Part shown: positions 49,459 to 57,769 of the stretch, piece by piece | Layout: each line of letters opens with the position of its first letter | Position numbering within the stretch: the first letter of the stretch is position 1 | From: Arcobacter sp. | GTDB taxonomy: Bacteria; Campylobacterota; Campylobacteria; Campylobacterales; Arcobacteraceae | DNA: 64,000 nt | NCBI GenBank assembly: GCA_002869565.1 | Contig: PKUJ01000027.1 | Location: 34,368-98,367 of the forward strand | Reading direction: 5' to 3' | Notes under the pieces: generated by a model | The model's database searches: none | The model's input: only the letters and a program-made list of their open reading frames with translations | Told to the model about the DNA's origin: nothing | Translations under genes and position numbers: made by a program

Positions 49459-50097
49459 ATGGAAGCGTTAAATTTAAATGCTTTTCAAAGTAATGCATAT
49501 GAAAATGTTGCAACACATAATCCTATTCATAACCCATTAGAGGGACATAAAAAGCATGATTCTGCAGAAATTGAGAGTAAAATCCATAATTCAGCAGTAA
49601 ATGTTTCAATCTCTATGGAGAGTATAAAAGTTTTTTTAAACATAAAAAGTGTTGAGTTATCTCAATCAAATGCTTCCGCACAGAATGTATTGATGAATAT
49701 TGTTAACAATACTGAAGTTTATGATTTCTTATCGGGAAAAGAACTTAAGGGTGGTTTTAGTTTAAAATCTATTGGGTATGATGGAAAACCAATTACAGAA
49801 CTATCACCTGCTGAAGCTAAAGAGTTAGTATCAGAAGGAGGATTTTTTGGAGTAAATGAGACATCATCAAGAGTTAGCTCTTTTGTTATTAATATGGCTG
49901 GAGATAATATAGAAGGATTACAAGAAGCTAGAAAAGGCATTGTTCAAGGATTTGAAGAGGCTGAAAAAATGTGGGGTGGAGAACTTCCTGAAATCTCTTA
50001 TCAAACACAAGCCAAAACATTAGAAATAGTTGATGCTAAAATTGCAGAACTTTTAAAAACTGATGCACAAAAAAAATCTGAAATTTCAGATAATTAA
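49459..50097 (+). CDS. hypothetical protein
   Basis: 212-aa ORF with no motif I can name with confidence. Confidence 0.45.
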   Translation: MEALNLNAFQSNAYENVATHNPIHNPLEGHKKHDSAEIESKIHNSAVNVSISMESIKVFLNIKSVELSQSNASAQNVLMNIVNNTEVYDFLSGKELKGGFSLKSIGYDGKPITELSPAEAKELVSEGGFFGVNETSSRVSSFVINMAGDNIEGLQEARKGIVQGFEEAEKMWGGELPEISYQTQAKTLEIVDAKIAELLKTDAQKKSEISDN

Positions 50098-50106
50098 GAA
50101 TGAATT

Positions 50107-50739
50107 TTAGTATTCTTTATATCTAATATTTTTTGATTTATCAAGACAGTCTAATTGAAAATCAACCATTTTCTTAAATGGTTTAGTAAATTCTGTTAAA
50201 CTATTTTTAGGTATATTTTCTAAATTATGCTTATTTAATAATTCTAATATATATTGTGTTGATTCTATTGTTGATAGACAATAACTAGCTGGTTGTTCTT
50301 TTATCTTAAATTCTGATGTTCTTGTACTTTGGAAGCTTACTTTTCTTAAATTCTTTAAATTTTTACTTTCTCTTATCATTTTTTTTGAACATGCCCAAGT
50401 TGAATCTATTATAAAAAGTACAATATTCTTTTTTGTTTGAATACTTTCTTGATTTAATTTTATACTATCATTTCCCGGATATAGAATAAAACATTCATTT
50501 TCTTTATTATTTAAAATTTCATTTATTTTATCATTATTTGTAAAGTTTATCCCAATAAATATTTCCGAATTTGTTAGCGATTTATTAGTAAAATGGCCAG
50601 TACCATTTTTTGTTTTTCTATACTCTTTAGGATGCATTAAAATTATAAATTTTGTATTTGTATCTATTGGTTTTATATATTTACACATACAACTAGTTTT
50701 TGGTCTATAACAAGTGTAACAAGTATCTCTTTGAATCAA
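50107..50739 (-). CDS. DTW-domain protein (tRNA-uridine aminocarboxypropyltransferase family)
   Basis: N-terminal Cys cluster (CYTCYRPKTSCMC) and the DSTW motif. Confidence 0.75.
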   Translation of the reverse strand: MIQRDTCYTCYRPKTSCMCKYIKPIDTNTKFIILMHPKEYRKTKNGTGHFTNKSLTNSEIFIGINFTNNDKINEILNNKENECFILYPGNDSIKLNQESIQTKKNIVLFIIDSTWACSKKMIRESKNLKNLRKVSFQSTRTSEFKIKEQPASYCLSTIESTQYILELLNKHNLENIPKNSLTEFTKPFKKMVDFQLDCLDKSKNIRYKEY

Positions 50740-50818
50740 TTTTAAATCTTTTTTTTTGATGTGATTATATTAAAAAAAAAGTTAGAATACGCCATATATA
50801 AAATATAGGAAGAATAAA

Positions 50819-51460
50819 TTGTTAGATATTACTCAAATGAGAAAAGAATATGCCAAAAAAGGTTTAAATGAAGAGGATTTAAATATAAATCCAATCAAAC
50901 AATTTGAGCTTTGGTTTAACCAAGCTATTGATGTGAATCTTAGAGAACCTAATGCAATGGTATTAGCAACAGTAGGAAATGATATGATGCCAAGTACAAG
51001 AACAGTATTATTAAAAATATTTGATGAAACTGGGTTTGTATTTTTTTCAAATTATAAAAGTAAAAAAGCAAGAGATATTGAACAAAATCCTAAAGCATCA
51101 GTTCTTTTTCCATGGCTTGATTTAGACAGGCAAGTAAAAATTGAAGGAAATATAGAGAAAATTAGCTCAAAAGCCTCTTTAAAATATTTTTTATCAAGAC
51201 CAAAAGGTAGTCAAATAGGAGCTTGGGTTTCTCACCAAAGTGAAGTAGTAAGCTCAAGAAGTATACTTGAAGCAAAATTTAATGAAATAAAAAACAAATT
51301 TGTAAAAGGTGAAATACCATTCCCTGATTTTTGGGGTGGATATATTTTAAAACCTACTAAAATTGAGTTTTGGCAAGCAGGGGAAGATAGATTACATGAT
51401 AGGTTTGTTTATACTTTTCAAGATGATAATTCTTGGAAAATTGAGAGATTGGCTCCATAA
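50819..51460 (+). CDS. pdxH: pyridoxamine 5'-phosphate oxidase
   Basis: Colinear with PdxH (PNAMVLATV, RTVLLK, FFSNYKSKKA, IEFWQAGEDRLHDR). TTG start. Confidence 0.85.
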   Translation: MLDITQMRKEYAKKGLNEEDLNINPIKQFELWFNQAIDVNLREPNAMVLATVGNDMMPSTRTVLLKIFDETGFVFFSNYKSKKARDIEQNPKASVLFPWLDLDRQVKIEGNIEKISSKASLKYFLSRPKGSQIGAWVSHQSEVVSSRSILEAKFNEIKNKFVKGEIPFPDFWGGYILKPTKIEFWQAGEDRLHDRFVYTFQDDNSWKIERLAP

Positions 51461-51470
51461 GGTTTATTTT

Positions 51471-51504
51471 AAAAAGCTAGATTCTAAGAAATCTAGCTTT
51501 TTTT
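51471..51504. terminator. bidirectional hairpin between pdxH and rtcB
   Basis: AAAAAGCTAGATT-ctaaga-AATCTAGCTTTTT is a perfect 13-bp stem. Confidence 0.65.
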
Positions 51505-52839
51505 ATATTTTTTCCCAGTATTATCTTTGATATTAATAAGTACTTTTACATGGTCTATAATTTCAACAAGATCTTCTTGTAATTTCATAACTTCAAAAAT
51601 ATCTTTATACGCAAAAGGTGCTTCATCAATTGTATTTTCATCAATAGTTCCTTTTATCCCTTTCATACTATCTTTAAACTCTTGCATATTAATATTTGTT
51701 TTAGCTTTTTTACGACTCATTACTCTTCCTGCCCCATGGGATGATGAATTTAATGAATCATTACAACCCTTTCCTATTATTATAAAAGAACCATCTCTCA
51801 TATTTCCAGGTATAACTCCTGTCATATTTTTTTGAGCATCTGTCGCACCTTTTCTATGTATCCATTCTTTTGTGGATTCATTAAATTGGACATGGTTATG
51901 GTTTCTATTAATAAATTTTTTTTCATCTTCATAATCTATTTTAGAATTGCTATTTAAAGTAGAATTTAATATATTATGAATTACATTAATCATCTTTTTA
52001 CGATTTTCAAGTGCATATTCTAAAGCAAAATTTTGATCTTTTATATAATCTTTTCCTAGTTGACTATTGGGGTTAAGTTCCCATGTACCTTCCATTTTCT
52101 CTATATCTATTTTTTTATTAAGCTCTAAAATATTTTTATGTTTTACTTTTAAAAGACTTTTTTGAAAAGCTTCTGGATTATTTGATTTGTATTGTAAATT
52201 TCTTTGTGTGTACTCTTCTACAATTTTTTTTAACTTATCCTCATGTTTATTTTTATCTAGATAGGCTTGAATCATATAGTGTGAAGCAATTTTATGCCCA
52301 AAACCACGACTACCAGAATGTATTACAATCCATACTTTATCATCTTTTCCATATCCAATTTCTATAAAATGATTTCCTCCTCCTAATGTACCCAATTGCT
52401 TAAGTCCTGAGGTATTTAATAAATATTGAGCATAATCCGTTAACGGTAAATCTAATTTTAATGATTGGTGATTTTTGTGAGTTTTAGATCCAAGTGGAAT
52501 CTCTTGAATAATCTTTTCATAAATTAAATCTGCATTTTCTTGTATATCTTTTTTATAAAAATCAGTTTTGTATGCACACATTCCACAACCAATATCAAAC
52601 CCCACAAAGGCAGGTATTACAGCATCTTTTGTAGAACAAACTGCTCCAATTGGCATTGAGTAACCCGCATGAGCATCAGGCATTAATGCTGCATAAGTTA
52701 CAAATTTTTGATTCAATACTTCATAGAATTGTTCTTGTGAAATTTCATCTAATACTTCAGCATAAATTTTATAGTCTGTATGTGTTTCTTGAAATTTTTT
52801 ATGATTAATTTCATAAAAACCAAATTTTTTTAAATCCAT
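51493..52839 (-). CDS. rtcB: RtcB family RNA 3'-phosphate/5'-OH ligase (long paralogue, 448 aa)
   Basis: Has FDIGCGMC, GGGNHFIEIG, HSGSRGFGH and HGAGRVMSR. Confidence 0.85.
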   Translation of the reverse strand: MDLKKFGFYEINHKKFQETHTDYKIYAEVLDEISQEQFYEVLNQKFVTYAALMPDAHAGYSMPIGAVCSTKDAVIPAFVGFDIGCGMCAYKTDFYKKDIQENADLIYEKIIQEIPLGSKTHKNHQSLKLDLPLTDYAQYLLNTSGLKQLGTLGGGNHFIEIGYGKDDKVWIVIHSGSRGFGHKIASHYMIQAYLDKNKHEDKLKKIVEEYTQRNLQYKSNNPEAFQKSLLKVKHKNILELNKKIDIEKMEGTWELNPNSQLGKDYIKDQNFALEYALENRKKMINVIHNILNSTLNSNSKIDYEDEKKFINRNHNHVQFNESTKEWIHRKGATDAQKNMTGVIPGNMRDGSFIIIGKGCNDSLNSSSHGAGRVMSRKKAKTNINMQEFKDSMKGIKGTIDENTIDEAPFAYKDIFEVMKLQEDLVEIIDHVKVLINIKDNTGKKYKKS

Positions 52840-52868
52840 AATTTCTCCTTATTTTTAATGACAAAAGA

Positions 52869-52903
52869 ATTATATATTTACCTTTGGTCATATTTTGTCC
52901 AGT
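52869..52903 (-). promoter_or_regulatory. candidate promoter of the long rtcB with an upstream shared 18-nt motif
   Basis: Minus strand: ACTGGACAAAATATGACC, an 11-nt spacer, then TATAAT, about 29 nt before the ATG. Confidence 0.4.
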
Positions 52904-52910
52904 ATAAGTT

Positions 52911-53642
52911 TTAATTTTTAGGCATTTTTTTAAAAGAGAATTTATCAAATCCTTTAGATTGTAGTAAATATTTATCTTCTATTTTTATAGTCTCATTTTC
53001 CATATGATTTATTTCTCCTAGATACATAGAAATTTCTTGAAATGCTTCCATTGGATTTTTTATTTGAATAAATTTATAATTTTTTAGTATGGGATTTGAA
53101 ATATATCTAAATTTTAGTTCAAAACTTTTATACTGTTTTCTCTCAATTTTTTGATAATATTGTTCTGCAACAAAATAGGGTATTTTGTGAAGATTGAAAA
53201 GATCAAATAACCCCTTATATTCAATTTCTTTAAATTCTTCAAAAATTTTATATATGAACTTTGATTTGTCCCATCTATATTTTTGTAGTTGTTCAATTTG
53301 ATTCATATTTAAATGTTTAAGAAGAGAATCGATTATACTTTTTTGAGTAAAACAAAACTCTTCAAAAATTAGTTTTTTCGAATATTGTTTATTCTCTTTT
53401 TTTATTTTATATATCTCAATTTTTATAAATGGATATATCTTACCACAAAATCCTAAGAAATTAAAATAAAATTCTATTTCAAAAAATTTAAAATCTTTAA
53501 TGTAGTTAGTTTTAATAGAGTTTGTTTGTATTTTTATATTTGATTTAATCTCTTTTTCTACTCTATTAAATCTTAATTTTTCATCAATACCATAAGCTAG
53601 ACCTATATCATAATAATCACTAAATTTTGAGATGATTTTCAT
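52911..53642 (-). CDS. hypothetical protein embedded in the rtcB/prfH operon
   Basis: 243-aa ORF. Its ATG overlaps the prfH stop (TAATG). No recognisable motif. Confidence 0.5.
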   Translation of the reverse strand: MKIISKFSDYYDIGLAYGIDEKLRFNRVEKEIKSNIKIQTNSIKTNYIKDFKFFEIEFYFNFLGFCGKIYPFIKIEIYKIKKENKQYSKKLIFEEFCFTQKSIIDSLLKHLNMNQIEQLQKYRWDKSKFIYKIFEEFKEIEYKGLFDLFNLHKIPYFVAEQYYQKIERKQYKSFELKFRYISNPILKNYKFIQIKNPMEAFQEISMYLGEINHMENETIKIEDKYLLQSKGFDKFSFKKMPKN

Positions 53643-54232
53643 TATATTTGTTCCTTAAAATCTGAACCAATAAAGATTTTTCTTGGATTACCTCTTTGTA
53701 TTTCTTTTTTCTTTTTCCATAAAGAGTGTTGAATTCTATTGCTTTGATTCTGTATTTTTTTTTCATATTTTTGAATTAAAAGATCAAGAGCAATGGTTTT
53801 ATTTCTATGTTGACTTCTTTGAGAATATGAAATAGCCTCAATATTAAACTTTGGATAAACAGCTCGTACACCGCTAGATGTTGTATTTACATGTTGCCCT
53901 CCATTTTTTGGACTTTTCATAGTTTGATAAATAACTTCTTTTTTATTAAACTTTTCGTTTTTATTCTCTTCATAATATTCTAATGAAAAATACCAATTCT
54001 TTCTTTTGCATTTAGGTCGAAAAGGACTTGTAGACTTCCAAAGATGTATCCCTTCTAAGTGCTTAAATCGTTTGTCATCACTTTTTAAAAGGATAGATTT
54101 ATAGCAATTGTGAAATGATTTTTCAACTGAGATAATTTCAAAACTATAGTTTTTTTCTAACCACTTGCTAAAATGCCATAATGCTCTACATACTTCATCT
54201 ATGCCATTACCACTACTAATATATATATACAT
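53642..54232 (-). CDS. prfH: peptide chain release factor H-like protein
   Basis: 196 aa. GGQ motif in an RF-1-domain context (SPKNGGQHVNTTSSGVRA) and no codon-recognition domain. Directly downstream of the short RtcB. Confidence 0.8.
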   Translation of the reverse strand: MYIYISSGNGIDEVCRALWHFSKWLEKNYSFEIISVEKSFHNCYKSILLKSDDKRFKHLEGIHLWKSTSPFRPKCKRKNWYFSLEYYEENKNEKFNKKEVIYQTMKSPKNGGQHVNTTSSGVRAVYPKFNIEAISYSQRSQHRNKTIALDLLIQKYEKKIQNQSNRIQHSLWKKKKEIQRGNPRKIFIGSDFKEQI

Positions 54233-54235
54233 CAG

Positions 54236-55297
54236 CTACTCCTTATATGTAAGGATAGGTTTAAATGTAGCGATAACAGTTGCCAGTCCTGCATCTACTA
54301 AATCATTTATAACAACATCAATATTTTTATAAACTTGAGGTGCTTCTTCATAAAGTAACTTTTTATCTTTGCAAAGTACACGTGAACCTATTGACGTACG
54401 CTCTAAACTATCTTTAGTATAATGGTTTTTTAGTTTCTCTTCAGCTGAGCTTCTTTCCCATTTCCTTCCCGCACCATGAGCTAAAGAGTAATTAGATTTT
54501 TTTGTGTCATCTGTTGGCATAACAAGGTAACTGAGAGTCCCTCTACTTCCAGCAATTATAACTGCACCTTTATTTGTAGGAGTTGCACCTTTTCTATGCA
54601 ATAAACCATCTTTTGTTTTTTCAATACTATTGTGTGCTGTATCACTTACATATTTTAAATTAGACTCTAGTTTTATAGCTTTGAGTAATCTTTTTGCTAT
54701 TTGTTGACGACTTTTTTTTGCATATATAATTGCTTTATCATGCTCTTTTAAATAACTACTTGCTTGAGTAATAGATAAACCCTCATTTGGATTGTATTGT
54801 CCAGCTACTTTATCAAATATAATCTGTCCAAATGCACGAGAACCGCTATGAACTAAAGTATAAAGTGAATTTTCATCTAAACTTAATTGTTTAAAAAGCA
54901 TATAATCTTTAATCTCATTTACAAGATGTAACTCAGCAAAATGGTTCCCTTTTCCTATAGTTCCTAAATGGTATCCAAGTGATGGTTCATCTATATCAAT
55001 ATCATCTAAACTTTCTATCTTTGAAAGAGCTTTTACAAATTTTGATACTTTTATTTTTTTAGCTTTTAATGGTACCTCAAATAGGCTCATTCCACATCCT
55101 ATATCTCCACCTATTAGATGTGGATAGATTCTATCTTCTGTTAGTATTGCACTGCCATTAGGGACAAACCCTATACTTAAGTCTGGTAATCCGACTACTT
55201 TTTTTACACCTTTAAATTGTGTAATATTTTTTAATGTTTCTACGCTTCTAGTATCAATCCAGTTTTTCTTTGAAGCGATGATTGTTAAATTGTCCAT
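54236..55297 (-). CDS. rtcB: RtcB family RNA ligase (short RtcB2-type paralogue, 353 aa)
   Basis: Has GGDIGCGMS, GKGNHFAELH, HSGSRAFG and HGAGRKW. There is a 3-nt gap to prfH. Confidence 0.85.
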   Translation of the reverse strand: MDNLTIIASKKNWIDTRSVETLKNITQFKGVKKVVGLPDLSIGFVPNGSAILTEDRIYPHLIGGDIGCGMSLFEVPLKAKKIKVSKFVKALSKIESLDDIDIDEPSLGYHLGTIGKGNHFAELHLVNEIKDYMLFKQLSLDENSLYTLVHSGSRAFGQIIFDKVAGQYNPNEGLSITQASSYLKEHDKAIIYAKKSRQQIAKRLLKAIKLESNLKYVSDTAHNSIEKTKDGLLHRKGATPTNKGAVIIAGSRGTLSYLVMPTDDTKKSNYSLAHGAGRKWERSSAEEKLKNHYTKDSLERTSIGSRVLCKDKKLLYEEAPQVYKNIDVVINDLVDAGLATVIATFKPILTYKE

Positions 55298-55364
55298 TAT
55301 TTCTCCATGGTTTGTTATTTTTGTTTTGTGTATTGTGTTGATTTAGTTTTGTTAATGATTTCAT
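55254..55364 (-). CDS. candidate 36-codon leader ORF overlapping the rtcB2 start
   Basis: AAGGAG lies 6 nt before the ATG. Translates to MKSLTKLNQHNTQNKNNKPWRNNGQFNNHRFKEKLD*. It ends 44 nt inside rtcB2 in another frame. Translation is unverified. Confidence 0.3.
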   Translation of the reverse strand: MKSLTKLNQHNTQNKNNKPWRNNGQFNNHRFKEKLD

Positions 55365-55393
55365 ATGTGACTCCTTATTTTTTTATTGAAAAG

Positions 55394-55428
55394 ATTGTAT
55401 AATATTTTTATGACGTATTCTGTCCAGT
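55394..55428 (-). promoter_or_regulatory. candidate promoter of rtcB2-prfH with the shared 18-nt motif, overlapping a divergent plus-strand -10 box
   Basis: Minus strand: ACTGGACAGAATACGTCA, an 11-nt spacer, then TACAAT. A plus-strand TATAAT at 55398-55403 would place the motif at about +1 to +18 of the WYL operon. Confidence 0.4.
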
Positions 55429-55452
55429 TTTAAATAAAGGGAGTATTTTATT

Positions 55453-55983
55453 TTGAAAACTAAATTTTATCCAGTACACTATAGATTAAATAAAAAGAAT
55501 AGGTATCTTATTTTAGAAATAGATGATGAGAATGAAGATACATTTTATATTGATAAAAAACTTATTAAAATTCCTGTTTTTACAGAATTAAAATTTTTAA
55601 AACAATATGCAAAAAAAAGAGATATAAAAGTGGTAAAAGACTCTGAACCTATAGTGCATAATTTAGACATAGTTTTGAAATGGATAAAAAAGAATGCTAA
55701 AGGTAAAATTGAGTGTACAGACATCTTAACTGTTTGGAATTTTTTTATTGATATGGCAAATACTTTTGAGCTTGATAATGATGAATTACAAGCATATCGT
55801 AGTAAAGCTGTAAAAGCATATAAAGTATATGAAAAAGTTTTTATTGGCACGAATTTACCTAGTGTAACTCAAAATAATCCACCATATCACCCAAAATTCA
55901 ATTCAAAAGAGTTAAAACTTATTCAAAGAGTACTTACTTATGGATATAAAAAATTTAAAAAGAAACGAATAAAAATAAAATGA
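55453..55983 (+). CDS. hypothetical protein (first gene of the WYL operon)
   Basis: 176-aa ORF with a TTG start. AAGGGAG lies 9 nt upstream. Confidence 0.5.
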   Translation: MKTKFYPVHYRLNKKNRYLILEIDDENEDTFYIDKKLIKIPVFTELKFLKQYAKKRDIKVVKDSEPIVHNLDIVLKWIKKNAKGKIECTDILTVWNFFIDMANTFELDNDELQAYRSKAVKAYKVYEKVFIGTNLPSVTQNNPPYHPKFNSKELKLIQRVLTYGYKKFKKKRIKIK

Positions 55984-56303
55984 AAAACATCCTATTCATT
56001 TGTAGCCGTAACCAATGGCGAAGTCCTACGGCTGAGAAAATATATAGCAAAGATGATCGTGTCAATGTTCGCTCGGCCGGAACAAGTCCAAGTGCAAGAA
56101 AAACAGTCAATGTGAAAGATATAGAATGGGCAGAACTTATTTTCGTGATGGAGCACAAGCATAAAGAGAGGCTTAAATCTACCTTTTCTAGACAACTACA
56201 ATATAAAAAAATTATTGTCCTTGATATTTCTGATGAGTATCGGTATATGGATGAAGAATTGGTAAAATTGTTAAAAACATCAGTAGAGGAATACTTAAAA
56301 TGA
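55980..56303 (+). CDS. small low-molecular-weight phosphatase (LMW-PTP/ArsC fold) family protein
   Basis: CX5R(S) loop ILFICSRNQWRSPTAE. 107 aa. Overlaps both neighbours by 4 nt. GC is visibly higher than the surroundings. Confidence 0.7.
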   Translation: MKNILFICSRNQWRSPTAEKIYSKDDRVNVRSAGTSPSARKTVNVKDIEWAELIFVMEHKHKERLKSTFSRQLQYKKIIVLDISDEYRYMDEELVKLLKTSVEEYLK

Positions 56304-56848
56304 AAAATATCCCAACAGAAACTTTATTGGAAAATTTCGCTCAATGTGTTGATGATGAAGAAAATTCTAAATACAATAAAAATCGTAGATACTTAAATGC
56401 TAAAAAAAGACGTATAGAATATGAACTTAAAAGTCGTGGTTTTGAAAAATGGCAGATATCTGAAAAGGCTGATGAAATTATCAAAGAGCGTGAAAGTGAG
56501 GCAGTAGAATCCAATGATGAGTGGATTATGCCATCAAAGAAAAATCTCAAATCACGTATCATGTATATAGAATATAAAGGTGGTGGCATATTGGGTGATG
56601 GACGTATAGGTAGAGTTTATTTTTCTAAGTCTGGTAAAAGCTTATATTATGGCGATAAACGATTTTCTAGTTTAAAAGGTAATGGATACAAATCTAATTA
56701 TTATGATGTAGATACAGGGGAAGAATACTGGATTAGTGGTTTCAAAAAAAATCAAAGTGACAAACTCTATGGTGGCAATAAAGGTGTTGAAATAGATGAT
56801 GATGTCAAAGAAGAGTATTTAGATATCATAAATGGAAAAAATAATTGA
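56300..56848 (+). CDS. hypothetical protein
   Basis: 182-aa ORF. The conserved-looking C-terminal half is GRIGRVYFSKSGKSLYYGDKRFSSLKG..YYDVDTGEEYWISG. No family name known to me. Confidence 0.5.
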   Translation: MKNIPTETLLENFAQCVDDEENSKYNKNRRYLNAKKRRIEYELKSRGFEKWQISEKADEIIKERESEAVESNDEWIMPSKKNLKSRIMYIEYKGGGILGDGRIGRVYFSKSGKSLYYGDKRFSSLKGNGYKSNYYDVDTGEEYWISGFKKNQSDKLYGGNKGVEIDDDVKEEYLDIINGKNN

Positions 56849-57759
56849 GCCAAAAATCTAGACTATACCGAACCATCGAAATCCTAAAAGAGCTAAATGC
56901 CGGTAAAAAACTTTGTGTAACTAATCTAGCTACAGCATATGAAGTAAGTGATAGAACTATACGAAGAGATTTTGAACTTATAAAAGAGATTTTTGGGGAC
57001 TTTGTGAGCAAAGAGGGGGAGTGTTATCAAGCGTATCAAAAAGTGTTGCTTGAAGAGGTGCTAAATGCTACAGATTTGATGACATTAGCAAATATAGTCA
57101 ACTTGTTTGGTATTACACAAAAAGAGTCTCTTATCTCTGATAAAACAGAGGCACTAATAAAGCAGTCAATGAGTGTATATGACTTTAAATCTCGCCCTTT
57201 TGAGAGTATGAAGAATATTGATATAATAAAAAAACTTGAACATGCAATTAAGTTTAATAAAGAGATAAAAGTAATATATCAAACAGAAAGATCAAATACA
57301 AAAAGAACATTTCATCCTTATAAGATACTTTTTTTAAATGAAAATTTTTATTTAGTTGGTGAAAATATTTCAAAAAATTGTTTTGAATTTTTAAGAATAT
57401 CAATGATTGTAGAGCTTATATTTACAAAAAGAACATTTCATGAACATTTGGATATAAAAGAGTTTATAAAAAAACTTCAAACACCCTGGGCTGCCTTTGG
57501 AAATAATGATATTATTGTAAAACTTAGAGTTGATGTAAAAATAAGAAGATTTTTTTTATTTAAAAAATATCTTCCAAGTCAAGAGATAATACAAACTTTT
57601 GAAAATGGTGATATTCAAGTAAATTATACGGTAACTAATTTGCGAGAATTAGATGAGTTAGTTATAAAATGGCTTCCTAAAATACAAATAATAAGTCCAA
57701 AAGGACTTGAAAAAATGATTAAAAAGAAGTTGCGGCTTAAATTGAAAGGATTTAACTAG
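56845..57759 (+). CDS. HTH + WYL domain transcriptional regulator
   Basis: N-terminal wHTH (LYRTIEILKELNAGKKLCVTNLATAYEVSDRTIRRDFELI) and a WYL core (FHPYKILFLNENFYLVGE). TTG start overlaps the upstream stop. Confidence 0.8.
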   Translation: MSQKSRLYRTIEILKELNAGKKLCVTNLATAYEVSDRTIRRDFELIKEIFGDFVSKEGECYQAYQKVLLEEVLNATDLMTLANIVNLFGITQKESLISDKTEALIKQSMSVYDFKSRPFESMKNIDIIKKLEHAIKFNKEIKVIYQTERSNTKRTFHPYKILFLNENFYLVGENISKNCFEFLRISMIVELIFTKRTFHEHLDIKEFIKKLQTPWAAFGNNDIIVKLRVDVKIRRFFLFKKYLPSQEIIQTFENGDIQVNYTVTNLRELDELVIKWLPKIQIISPKGLEKMIKKKLRLKLKGFN

Positions 57760-57769
57760 TTCATAAGAT

